Shown here: positions 1 to 11,800 of the stretch, one piece after another | Layout: every line of letters begins with the position of its first letter | How positions within the stretch are numbered: position 1 is the stretch's first letter | Origin: Psammoneis japonica | Taxonomy: Eukaryota | NCBI GenBank assembly: GCA_008632985.1 | Contig: QPGO01000246.1 | Span: 62,001 to 97,737 of the forward strand | Direction: 5' to 3' | Length of the DNA stretch: 35,737 nt | The notes under the pieces: generated by a model | What the model was told of the DNA's origin: nothing | What the model saw: the letters and a program-made list of their open reading frames with translations, nothing else | The model's database searches: none | Translations under genes and position numbers: made by a program

Positions 1-639
1 GACAAGAGTTTGTTTCGTTTCAAGCCTTGTAAAATAGAACGCAGCTGTTCTCCGTTCAAAACTTCTCCTTCCACCCCATCTTCGTACCCTGTGTGATTGG
101 AAAACTGTACAGAATTTATCACGTCGACATCGAAACCGAGCAGTTGCAACGGGAAAACAGATGATTTATTTCCAACATCTGTGCATAAATCACGACCATT
201 TCTTAGATGTCCATTAGTCCAAAACACAATATCCATTCCTCTTTGTCTACACTTACAGCCAGAGACAACGTGCGATTGAATTGAAAGTACACGTTGAGGT
301 GTAGGTTCGTCCGCGTATTTCGTTTTCGTTTGGAGATTCGACATGATACATGAAAGCCAAAGAAGATCAAAGAAAAGCTTCTAGAAGGAGTCCAGTGTTC
401 TAGATGCGCATGAATGGGAGATCACCTCACAATTACGAGCAGATGTGTATTTCGCAAGGCAAGCAACAACGACAACAAACAACAATAGGCTGATGTAGGC
501 GATGACGACCAGAAATGGGGACCATGATCAGTGATCATGCGCGCTCGGAATACGCACGACCGCACGCTGCGCGCGATGATGTCTGTGCGAGCGTCGGCCG
601 CAGATTTCTTCATTCCAACGCTCACTCGTCCTTGTCACC

Positions 640-1236
640 ATGATGAATTTCAAGCGGACGTTTGCCCTCGTGGTGGTTCTGTTGCTCTCTTCACCAGTCA
701 GTTGTCAAGATGATTACCGAGAAGATTATGCACAAGACAATCTCTATCACGATTATGCCATGAGGCAACAAGAAAAGCAAGCACCAAAAGGGTATGTCGT
801 TGATGTTTCAATTTTTGAACAATTCCCGAATTTCGTATTCATGACAGACTTGCAATACGTAATTTGTCCCACGGTCGTATTCGAATTTCGTATCAAAGTT
901 TGTGTTGTTCCACGCGTAACGATGATGGTCGGATGTTCGACTATCGACGACACTACTTGGTGGGTATCATCACAATTGTTTCTCACTCTCTTTTCAATTT
1001 CATCTCACTCTATTTACAGTGGCGGTGGCTTTGGCAAGTTAATAGTTGGTTTTGGTGTGGGTTGGTTTGCCGGGGCGAAATTCCACACTCGACGTGTCAA
1101 GAAAAAGCTATCCGCCAAATTTCAAGCCGATCAAAAGAACTTGTACACACAATACTACAATGACGTGTATACTCTTCAGGAGCAAAATGCACAACTTGTG
1201 CGAGCACTGGAGGAAATGGGTGTAAAGCTAAAATAA
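640..1236 (+). CDS. Small (~122 aa) signal-peptide + TM + coiled-coil protein, 2 exons (640-791, 1020-1236); paralog of 5292-6434
   Basis: Hydrophobic N-terminus ending VSC-QD. GTATGT donor at 792 and TTTACAG acceptor at 1019 (228-bp phase-2 intron, in frame). Shares YAQDNLYxDYA and FQxxQKxLYxQYYNDVYxL with the gene at 5292. Confidence 0.8.
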   Translation: MMNFKRTFALVVVLLLSSPVSCQDDYREDYAQDNLYHDYAMRQQEKQAPKGYVVDVSIFEQFPNFVFMTDLQYVICPTVVFEFRIKVCVVPRVTMMVGCSTIDDTTWWVSSQLFLTLFSISSHSIYSGGGFGKLIVGFGVGWFAGAKFHTRRVKKKLSAKFQADQKNLYTQYYNDVYTLQEQNAQLVRALEEMGVKLK

Positions 1237-1689
1237 GACGGTAGAGGACGTAGTGGTCCTTTCTGGATGATGTGATGGGCAGATTGGCGCTGACTCTCTG
1301 GTTTTGGCTTCCAAAGTCGAACGGCAAATGTATACTGCCCTCCAGCCCCCACTTTTGGGTTGAGAACGTAAACTGTTTACGCAAAAATCGGGATTAAAAT
1401 GATTAAAGAATGCTATGCTTTACACAATGAATTGTTCCCCTTTCTCATTGGCGAGACCTATTTCGTCCAACTTGTGCCGATCCCCTTCGTGATGCTCAAC
1501 AGTCACATTTTGTTTCGTAACGTTGGGGCTAGTTGAGAGTCAAAGATTCTATGGTGTTAACGCTGCTTTGCAATACACACGGATCAGAGCTACCGGTACA
1601 GCATAGAGGCTTGGGTTGATTTATGGTCGTCTGTTGTTCGTGTTTAGCACGATCCAACAGTTCAAAATGTACACCAGTCTCTTTCGCTC

Positions 1690-2800
1690 AGTGGATGGCA
1701 TTTCCAGAAATATGGTCAAACTCTGCAGGTGCCCATCACATGTTCACACAATTGACAGGGCAAACCCATGGCAAACAACACACAGGAGCAGCAACAACAC
1801 AATGCAGTGGTGGCAAGCAAAGCAAAACTTTCACAGGCATCAGTGAACCATGGACACCAAAAAAAAGTGACTGCCAATGCTGTGAATCTTCCAAGAATGG
1901 CATCATAACAGGTGGTTGACATGGAAAGGAATTTATTTTGGGTGGGGACAAATTTTGCCATGGGTGCCACTGTGCAACAAGAGCTGACAGCATTTGCGTT
2001 GCCGGAGTGCCGCTTGACTTTGTCGGCAACTTTTTCCAAAACACCAGGAGCAGCTGCTTCAAGCAGTTGCATCATCTGGTCTCACCATCAGGGTTAGTTC
2101 CATTGACATTTCAAAATGACAATTTTTTGGCATTCATGCATTGCTCCAAGAGATTCCACGCAGCCAAACACTGTTTTGAAAGAACCGAGCTCAAAAAGAC
2201 ATCCTCTCTGTGTCACAAACAAGAGGACATGTTTTGAGAGAGAAGCTTCTGTTTCACATTGAGTTCAATGTTTTCTTGCACTCTGTGTCCATGCCTGATG
2301 TGCACTTTTCTCTGACATCCAGCCCAGGTGACACCTTCAATTTTCTCACATTTGCAGAGAAGCTGCTGCTCTGCTGCTTTGCACACTTGGTTCCCAGCAC
2401 CATCTTTTCTTCATCGTCAGTTGTTGATGCACAGTGGGGTGTGGCATGGCTGCTTGTCAAATTGAGGCTTTCTCCAAATTGTCTTGCAGCAAAACAAGAG
2501 CCAAAGAAAAACCTTTGCAAGTGCCCAGAGCAGCTCCTCGATGCTTGTTGGAGGCTGCTGTGTGACATGTGTGGTGGAAGAAACACTCAAGAATGTTGGT
2601 CACTGGCACTCACAGCACTCCAGTCACTGTTGGATTTGTCCATGTCAAACTGCTTGAACATTTTAGTGGACAGCTCATCTTGCTGTGAGCAGGGTTTGAT
2701 GGGCCGGATTGTTGAGGACCAAGTTCGTCGTTCATGGCAACCCTCGGAGAGGCAATGGATGAGCACAGCAGCAGTGGCTGCAGCTCAACGGACGTCGAAA
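1690..2800. repeat. TpA- and CpG-depleted degenerate block, probably an old repeat or TE remnant
   Basis: About 5 TA in 1.1 kb by eye, few CG, rich in TG/CA; many overlapping Cys/His-rich ORFs with no recognisable domain. Boundaries approximate. Confidence 0.55.
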
Positions 2801-3064
2801 TAAGGATAGGGCGATCCAAAACTTCAAATAAAATCTATAGATACGAATATCCATGTAGCATTTTGTAACCCTGGTTCTTCTTCAATGTCGGTCAAGCGTC
2901 CATTCTACACAATTTCTGGTAGAAAATATACCTGGCCGAACTCTCCACCATTTTCAATTTGCTGCATGCAGCATGCCGCCACCTTTCGGCGAGCGGGAGT
3001 CGAAACCCGAAACCGCTGCAAAACAACCCATAGCAAACAGCAAACCACAGCCAACTCAACCAAC

Positions 3065-3268
3065 ATGGACACTGCCAAAGACGTAACCGCCAAGACGGTG
3101 AATCTTCCGGTAAAGGTTACGGAACAGGTGGTTGACTGGGGAAAGCACGGACTTTCGACGGGGGCAGATTTTACTTCGGATACCGTTGACGCAACGACCA
3201 ACATCGTCAAGACGCCATTTGACTACATTGGCGACTTTTTTGACAGCATCTTTAACTGCAACAAGTAA
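3065..3268 (+). CDS. Small hypothetical protein (67 aa, MDTAKDVTAK...)
   Basis: CA-rich leader then CAACATGG; codon usage like the host genes; amphipathic-looking sequence; GT-rich 3' UTR-like tail. Confidence 0.55.
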   Translation: MDTAKDVTAKTVNLPVKVTEQVVDWGKHGLSTGADFTSDTVDATTNIVKTPFDYIGDFFDSIFNCNK

Positions 3269-3637
3269 TCAAGAAGTGAGGCTTTTGATTTTGAGCCGTG
3301 TGGTTATGTGTGTATGTATGAGAAAGTGGATTAAGATTGATGACGGCAGCTTTGTGGTTTGAGGTGTCCAAGACGCTTTGGTCGCAAGCTGTGGCATGTC
3401 TTTCAGACTTCGAAACTCTAAAAAGTACAAGATATGTTAGAGAGAAGTTAGTCCGTTTCTATTTAGAATCTCAGCAATCGTTACCGCATTTTCTGGGCGA
3501 AAATTGAAGCTTCAAAACCACATGGATCGAAATTGTGAGCAGAACTTGAACCTTTTCATGTTTAGTCAAAGAAGCTACTATTCGTACTCACAGGTTTTGC
3601 TACTAGTATGATTTGATATGGACTACTTGTCAAACAA

Positions 3638-3855
3638 TGGCTTTTCTCGAATCGTCTCTCCAAGAAACAAAATGAAGAGAAAGCATTTTGTGTGTCTACA
3701 GAGCCACGAAAGAGCTCGACACACCAACGATTCGACGTGAACTATGCGCCAGATGAAGGCTTTATCGAATTGTTTCTCCAAGAAACAACTCAAAAGCAGT
3801 TCGTGTGTGTCTATACAGAGCCATTTGAAAAGCTCGACACTTGGAAGCGTTCGAA
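3638..3855. repeat. Degenerate two-copy direct repeat (~118-bp period) downstream of the 3871-4780 gene
   Basis: ctctccaagaaacaa...tgtgtctacagagccacgaaagagctcgacac (~3657-3722) recurs as ttctccaagaaacaa...tgtgtctatacagagccatttgaaaagctcgacac (~3773-3840). Confidence 0.7.
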
Positions 3856-3870
3856 GTAACTGGAAGCACT

Positions 3871-4780
3871 TCAATAGTCAATGACGCTCATGGCACGCCA
3901 GTCGCCGTTCGATTCTTCCAAATCGAAACGCTTGAACTTTTTCGTGGGAGGCTCGTCGAGGCTGCTTTCGCTGTCCGAAGCAGAATCAGGACTGGGTTGG
4001 GTTTGGACCTCGGCAGCAGGACGCTTGCGCTTGGGCGGACTCTTCTTGGTATCGTTGCGTGCCGTACCACGACGAGTAGTATTCTTCTTGCGACCAGTCC
4101 TCTGCTTGACCGGGCTAAAATCAACCGAAGAATCCTCGTCGTCCTCTTCGTCTGAACTGGATTCGCTTTCGGTATCCTCGTACACGGTCGTCTTGCTCTT
4201 GCTCGCGACTTTGGGTTCTTCTTCCTCGACCGACAAGTCGTCGTCCTCCGAGTCGCTCAAGTCGGACTTGTTGGGACTCTTTTCCTCAAAGGAGGCCTCG
4301 AGTTTCTCCTTGATGGAAGAACCGAGAGGTTTCGCCTCCTTCTTGACAAGCACATGCTTGCGTCCATCAAAGACAATGGGTTTCGTCTCACCCTTTGGCG
4401 TATAGTAGTACTTGGACGTTTTGTCATTGAGAGTGGCGGGATGCAAGGTCTTGCTCTTGTCCTTTTTCTCTTGAATCTATAAACAAAAAAGAAAAGAGTA
4501 GTGAGAGGCATGTTCCATGAATCAACGTAATAGCGACAGTACCACGACTTACGTAGACATCAAACCCAATGTCGTCTTGCTTCTTGCCACGCTGAAGCGG
4601 TAAAGCCCTATTGTTGCGACGTTTTGGAATGTTCGACGTAGAAGCCTTGCTGCTCTTCTTGTTGGTTACATCCTTGAGAGCGCGTTTCGTTTTGCCGGCA
4701 GTGGCAGTAGTACTCGCGCTACGCGCATTGCTCCTCGTAGAGCTCCTTTTGGTACGAGACGTCTTTGCGGGGGCGGCCAT
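3871..4780 (-). CDS. Hypothetical, probably nuclear, low-complexity basic/acidic protein (~277 aa), 2 exons (4780-4553, 4476-3871)
   Basis: ACCATGG start (MAAPAKTSRTKR). GTAAGT donor and TTTATAG acceptor join DVY|IQEKK in frame. K/R clusters (PPKRKRP) and D/E/S tracts. Confidence 0.75.
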
Positions 4781-4905
4781 GGTGACGGAATGACTATGAA
4801 CAATAAAGCAAATAGAAATCATTAAAGTGAGTGTATTCTCGAGCGTTTTAGAGGCGTCAATTCCAAACCACAGAGTCAATTCGCAACGCCATCAAAACGC
4901 GCCGT

Positions 4906-4915
4906 GGCGGGAAAA
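4906..4915. promoter_or_regulatory. Possible E2F-type site (GGCGGGAAAA) upstream of the 3871-4780 gene
   Basis: Matches the TTTSSCGC consensus on the minus strand, ~125 bp upstream of the ATG. Motif match only. Confidence 0.3.
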
Positions 4916-5291
4916 TCGGTTCGGGTCGAAGCAAACTCGATTTGGCAACGCCCACTTCTAAAATCTCGATAGCTTACCTATTGTATCGATAAAAGAGAGG
5001 TCGATGCGTCGTTGGGAATGTATCCAACAGGTGCTTTGTGGTTGCGGGACGGCAAGAAAGGTCTTTGTCAACGCGGCGTCGCAAAGATTGTGATGGATTT
5101 CGAGCGCGGTCACGACGACTGACTCCCGCGGGATAAGTGTCCTCAAGTCGCGCGAATAGCGCGAAAGATCGTATGCAAAAATCACGTAAGTAGAAATTAC
5201 GTAGATAGGTACTAGCGGGAGTTACACGTGGACTCGCCCTCCCATCGCACAACAAAACACGGCTCATCCATCACACTTTGTGCGATTCACC

Positions 5292-6434
5292 ATGATGCTT
5301 GTTCATCGGCGGCGAGTGACGGCTCTTGTAGTCATGGCGGCAATGGTTGCTGCACAAGACTACAATGCTCCAGATTATCCAGATTACCAAGATTATGCCG
5401 ATGGATACGCCCAGGATAATCTCTATGCCGATTATGCAGAAAAGCATCAAGAAAAGAAAGGCGGAGGGTACGTAAATGACGTTTTCTTATTCAAGGAAAT
5501 TTGATTTTCGTATGTATCTTTGGATTTTTATAGTAAATGCAGCCCGCATTTTTCGTATTGATTATCGGCACGCGATCTTTCCACGCGTCATGACAACATC
5601 GGCACGACCATCAACTTGACCAAGAAACAGTGACTAAGGATGTCAATGAACTTCTGCAACTAGTCTTAAACTTCTTGAACGCACAAGAAAGTAGCCACTT
5701 TCGTCGTGGGAAGATCACGTCGCTGACACTCGCTTTTTCTCTCTTTGTTTCTCAAACATATATCATCAATTTCAGCGGCGTTGGCATGGGGAAATTACTG
5801 CTTTGCTCGGGAGCTGCCTATTTTGCGGGTGGCAAGATTCAGTCGGGACGGGCCCTGAAAAAGCTAAAGGCCAAGTTCCAAAAGGAGCAAAAGGCCCTGT
5901 ATTCCCAGTATTACAATGATGTTTACAAGCTCACGGAGCAAAACCAGGAATTGACTTATACGGTGGAACAGCTTCAAGAAACACTCAAACAGACGGAACA
6001 AAAGGCAGAGTTGGAAGCCCTGCAACGGGATTATGAAGAATTCAAACAACCAGATCTTGACGGAGACGACAGGATCAGTCGTGCAGAGTTTAACATGTAT
6101 GTCAAAAACTACCTGAGCAATTATCCTGGCCTGCAAGAGAAGGACTATCCCAAGTTTGAAGACTTTGATCATGATGGAGGTAAGAACGATTGCACCGTAC
6201 CGCATGCCTTGATTCCAATTCAACTTATTCATTTTTCTTCTCTCTGTTCAAGACGGATATGTTAGCTTTCAAGAGTACGCACAACAAATGGCACTGCAGG
6301 TTAAGCAAGCCGAAAAGGAAGCGGCCGAAGTGGGTGGTGTTAAGGAAGCGAGCAAGGCCCAAGCCTTGCAGGATTTGTATGAAGGCACAACAAAGAAAGA
6401 TTCACTTCAAGATTTGTACCGACAATATCGCTAA
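5292..6434 (+). CDS. Signal-peptide/TM/coiled-coil protein with two C-terminal EF-hands, 3 exons (5292-5467, 5776-6179, 6253-6434)
   Basis: EF-hand loops DLDGDDRISRAE and, across the 6180-6252 intron, DHDGDGYVSFQE. GT-AG introns in consistent phases; TAA at 6432-6434. Confidence 0.85.
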
Positions 6435-6590
6435 AAGAAACAGTATACGAGTACAAACCAGCGTATGCTGTAAGCATATTATACAGTATCGCAACAGTCG
6501 ACAACTACTACTAAACCCACAACACTATAGCGCAATAATTGCTTTTGAAGCAACCGTCTATATTTGAACTCCCAAACTTCACCTTCAACC

Positions 6591-8623
6591 TTAGTACATT
6601 TCTTCTCTCTGCCTCGGAGCGCACTTGATAATATCATCCACCCTCAGAATCATCTCTGCCGCCTCGGACGCACTGAGCAGCACTTGCAGTTTCGACTTGA
6701 AACTCTCCATGACTCCCAACTCCTTCATGTCTCCAATCGTTCCATTGTACATGTCGAGTCCGTACGAGCTCTTGCCGGACGCATGAGCCGCACGGAGTTG
6801 GGTCACAAGCTCCGCCGAATCGTATCCGCCATTGTCGGCCACAATGGCCACCATTTGGCGGAGTGCCTTGGCAAAGGCCGTCATGGCAAGGGCCTTTTTG
6901 CCGGGCGTCGACTCGACGGCACGATCAATGGCTTGAGCCATGATGATTTCCGTACAACCACCACCGTAAATAGTGCGTGGATCCTTGACGGTCGAGGTTA
7001 AAATGCAAAGAGCATCGTGGAGGGAGCGCTCGGCTTCGTCCAACAAGTGAGAGGAGGAACCGCGCAACACAATCGAACAGGCTTCTCCTGATTTGCAACC
7101 ACCAAAACGAATGACCTTGTCTTCGCCAATCATGACCTGAGTTTGACATGAAAAAATTGGGAGTGAGTTACAACAACTCTATAGAACTCACACAAAACAA
7201 AAACGACAACGACGACCGTTCGCTTACTTCTTCAATCACTTTGCATTCACCCAACGTGACAAGTTCGGGATGATCAAAGGTACTGGCAACTTCTCCCCCC
7301 GTCACGGCCGCAATACGCTCCACCCCATCAAAGTCGGCGTGTTCAATCGCCATGACGCCCCGTTCGGCAAAAATGGATTCGGGCAAATTGTAAATCAACT
7401 GCCGATTGATGAAAACGTTGCATCCGTGATTGATGATTTTCTCACACTTTTGTTTCATCTTGTCCTGGGAAAAAGATATACAGTGAGAATATTGCGTAGA
7501 GAGAGAGTGAGTCAGTACTGTTAGAACTATGCGGCACAATACGCTTATCTCAAGGGACAACTTCTGCTCACCTTTTCGGCCTGTTCAATCTCAGCCACCT
7601 TGTTCATGCTATCCACCTTGACGCGACTGCCATAAATTTTGATTTTATCCGTATCCATACTCGTGTTGGCAATGAGAATCTTGGCATTCTCCATCTTGTG
7701 TGGCTGCCCGACACCGATCGACTTGTTGAGCAAGAATCCATCCTCGAGATAGGAATCCCGCAGGGATCCTCCAGGAATTTTCAAGACTTGCACGTGATCC
7801 AAATTGTTGGATCCCTGCAAACGCAACACGGCATTGACGGCCAATTCCGAAAAGTGTTTCTTGTCGTGCGTCAAGAGTTTGGAAGAAAGAGTCGTTTCAC
7901 TAATGCGCAACAAGTCTTGACGGAATTGGGAGGGGTCCTTGGAATGGTCCGTCGCGGCGGCTTCCAGGGCCTTGCGGGCATGAGCACGAGCCAAACGCCA
8001 ACCGGCCGCAATCGTCTGCGGATGAATGCGCTGTGCGACCAACTGCTCTGCTTCGCGACTACAAGATAGATACAGTAGGAGATATAGTATTGTGAGAGAA
8101 TCAATCAATCATTGCAGAAGAAAACACAAAACACAATCAGTATATATATCTACTACTCACAGCAACTCCCCACAAAGTACCGCGACACTGGTGGTTCCGT
8201 CTCCAACTTCATCGTCTTGTACCTTGGCAATATCCACCAAAATCTTGGCGGCCGCGTTATCAATCACGACGGATTTCAAAATGGTGGCGCCGTCATTGGT
8301 GACCGAGATTTCCTGTTGGGATTGAGGACTGACAGACTGCAAAATCTTATCCATGCCCTTGGGACCCAGCGTCGTTTTGACCAAGTCGGCAATCGCAATG
8401 GCACCGACAAAACTAGACAAACGAGCATTTTCGCCCTATTTGAATAATAAAAAGAAGAGTACGTTGAGATGAACTTGCGCTAGTACAGCGAATCAGAGGA
8501 GAAAACACGTGCTTTCTCACCACGCGCATCATAAAACGCGTGACGAAATCGCTTCAGCCACAACGACAATATCCAACAATCTTGATTTCCACATACCTTG
8601 TCGACACTGGTGCCTTGTTCCAT
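6591..8623 (-). CDS. CCT2: T-complex protein 1 subunit beta (CCT-beta), 5 exons (8623-8597, 8435-8161, 8058-7572, 7464-7228, 7136-6591)
   Basis: [83 protein letters not shown]; canonical splice sites. Exon 1 (MEQGTSVDK) is the least certain. Confidence 0.95.
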
Positions 8624-8834
8624 ATAAGCTGCTCCATGGTTGCGACGATTTCCTTGTTGTTTTCAAATCAAGCAGTGCTGTTGGTGGAATGTAATGGCGG
8701 CGAAAGTCGTGCGGCTCGCGGATCTTTGTGATAGTTGCGCGAAGTCGCAAGTCCACGCGATTCGAAATCAGATTTGGTTTCGCGTGCTATTTGGTCCGCA
8801 GAAGTGATCGCTATCGCGATCGATCGCATCGATT

Positions 8835-11800
8835 GCGGTGATTGGCATTTTTCATTCTAAAGATAAGAGACGAAATTGGCGGAACTTTTCAAAATGTTTG
8901 TCGCCTCAAAGCAAACTAAAGCCCAATGACAGCAATCATCCTCTCGATCATCCACGTCCACCAACAACAAGTGGCAGAGCAGCAAGAAGTGAAGAAAGAA
9001 GAGAGACCTCTCTGTGATGGTGTGCAAAGGAGGGCAACTTTCTTGCACACTTTCTCAAAGTTGCCCCTGCAACAAAATCAACCATGATGATGTGCACACC
9101 TCATGATGATGTGCACACCTCATTGGTGCAAGCTCAGATGTTCAACCAGGCAAGACAGCAGCTCATGAACTTTTTTCAATGATGTGGTGCTTCCTCACAT
9201 GCAAGTCTGGCCTGCCCCAACCCAAGCTGATCTCTCCTCTTGTTTGCGCAAGAGTGGACAATGTTTTGCCGTTTCATGCAGCAGAGCATTGCAGCACAAT
9301 GACAACAGTTGAAACACACTGCAGTGCACACAAGGCTGTCAAAGTCCTGGGCTGATCCTGCCTTTGCCCCTGTTGTTGTGCCATGCAGGGTGCACGCACA
9401 ATCCAGCTTTTTTGAGGTTGAAAAGGGCTGGAGAAGAAAAGATGCTGCAGAGCGGCTGGCATCAGCCCCTGCTGTGCAAGCTGGGCTCTCTGCTGGCACG
9501 GTTTTCATCCTTGACTGTCTTTTGTTGCTGAAGCATCTTTTGCTGTGTGCAAGAAGCTTTGTCTCCTCTTTTCAGAGAGAGCCGCCTTTTTGTGTGTGCA
9601 GTGGCCATTGGACCCGGCAACATCATTGTTCTGAGAGAGGATTCTGGTCTGCCACTTGTTTGCTTAAAATAAAACAAGTTGCACATGTGGAACAAATGTG
9701 ACAAAGCTTGGTCTTTCCTCCTCTGAGAGACAGAGGAACCAGCCGGCCACAAAGATCACAAAACACAATGCTCAATGCTCTCTCTTCTCTTGCCACTCCA
9801 AAGAGAACATGTGCTCATTTTGAAAATTGCACAGCAGTGCATTTGTGCACTCTGATGTTGTGCAGCCAGCTGGCACAAAGAGTTTCAGTCTTGTCTCACC
9901 ACTTTCTTTGTGCGCTGCTTCAGACAGTGTGTGTGTGCGGCTGCCAGGGTGGGACACAGGTGAGCTGACAATGTTTTTTTGGCCAGGGCAGTGTTGTGCA
10001 GCACTTCCAACAAACAACTTGAATTCCCTGCCCTGTTCTTCAAAAACTTTTGTGCACAAGCTGCGTGCCAAAGATCACAGCAATGTGCAGCCATGCACTC
10101 AGTTGGTCAGAGATGCCAGTGGTGTCAACGAGTGTGTCAATGAGGGCCACCCACAATGGAAACAAGCAGCATGTCTTTGTCCACAACAAGCTCTGGCAGC
10201 TTGTCCACATTGATGGCTTTCAGCTGAGCAAGCTGGGAGGCTAAGATGCACAAAGGGTGGATGATGGCACAACAGAGGACATGCCGCCCCTTTGACTTTG
10301 TCATCTCAAAATCAAGAAATGAGCTGGCAGCCTCTTGGCATCTTCACAGAGTGACACACTTCAAGGTGTGACACATCCATGGGCCTGGACTCTGGCCTTT
10401 TATTGCAGTGTGTTTTTTGTGTGGTTTTTGTTTGTCAAGGTTGCCAGCAGCTCCACTGCTTTCACCAGTGTCAAACATCATGACACCTCTGAAGTTCTCC
10501 AGGTGCACAAATTGCACTCTTTCCACCTGGCAGCTCCTCCTTTTCATCAACACAGCAAAACAGACACAGCTTGCCTGCAGGCACATGACACGTGCACATC
10601 TGGGTGGGCTTGCTGCTGCACCCTGACCCTTTGCATGTCACAATTTCTGCACCCTGGACAACCCTTGTGCTTCTGGCACAGCAAAGTTGGGAGAGCAAGC
10701 ACTTCCAGAACCCTCGCTCTGCATGCACAGCTGTTGTCATTGTCAGTGCTCAATTTTTCACTCAACAACCCTTTGCCAGGCATGGCACCACATCACTGGA
10801 AATGACAGCTGCTCCCCCATCTGTGCCAATGTCTTCTGCAAGAGCTTTGCGCAGCTCTTTCCCAGTCTTCTGTGAGAGCAATGCTTTGCAAGCAAATCCG
10901 CTGCAGTTTTTCGCCACATCCAACAACTCCTCTTGTGGACAAGCGTTGCTTCCAAAGGGAGAGATGCACCATGGCCATTGTTGCTGGATCATCAACCCCA
11001 CCAAATGTTGGGTGGCCCAGAGTTTGGCCGTCATGCTCAGCACCTTTGTCTTTTTCAAATGACAAGTGCCCCCACAATTTCATGTGCAGAATCTCCACCA
11101 CAATCTCAGCAATCTTTTGCCGACCAGTGCAAAGTTGACATGTCGTCATGGGATCTTTCATTTTAAAAATGGGGGTGTCTTTGATCACACCACCATCTGG
11201 CCTCCATTTGGGCCAGCGCACATCAAACAATGTGAGCTGCCCCGTGCAAAGCCATTGAGAGCCAATGGCCATTTTTGCAACACAATGGTCTGCCTGCACT
11301 GGCGTGGAGACAGTTGGGACAATGTCTTTTCCCTGTGGGTCATGTTCTTCCACCACACGCCTCACAAGATTTGTGTGAAAAACCACTGTGTCAATTGCTC
11401 AGCCCTCACTCAGCCCAGCATGCTTTCTGGGCTTGCTCTGCATGGTCTGCTGGACTTTGGTTTTGCATGCCACTGTTTGGGCTGCACGAGCCAACATCAT
11501 GATTTGCATCTCTTGGGTTGGTGATTGACATTTGCGCTCCAAAGATCAGAGACAAACTTGGCAAAACATTTCAAAATGTTCATTGCCTCAAAGAAACAAA
11601 CAAAAATCCTGAGTCCATCCATCCTCTTGATCATTCACGTGTGGGTGCAAATCTGACAAACATGACGACAATGTTTGCTGTGTCCATCAAATGGGGGGGG
11701 GGGCAACAAAGCAGCAAGCCAAAAGCAGCGAGCAAAATGTCTGGCGCAAAGGGCTGTTTTCTCACTTTTTCAAAATTGCCTGTGACAAAATCAACCATGT

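Noticed and set aside
378..387. CTTCTAGAAG heat-shock-element-like palindrome
   Set aside because: Only two nGAAn units; common by chance.
792..1019. Read-through 198-aa version of ORF 640-1236
   Set aside because: The segment has canonical splice sites at the same position as the paralog's intron; it is a 3n intron without stops.
2540..2590. FLPPHMSHSSLQ on the minus strand resembles the pogo/DDE_1 motif LPPHTSHxLQPLD
   Set aside because: No PLD and no other DDE motifs around it; probably chance.
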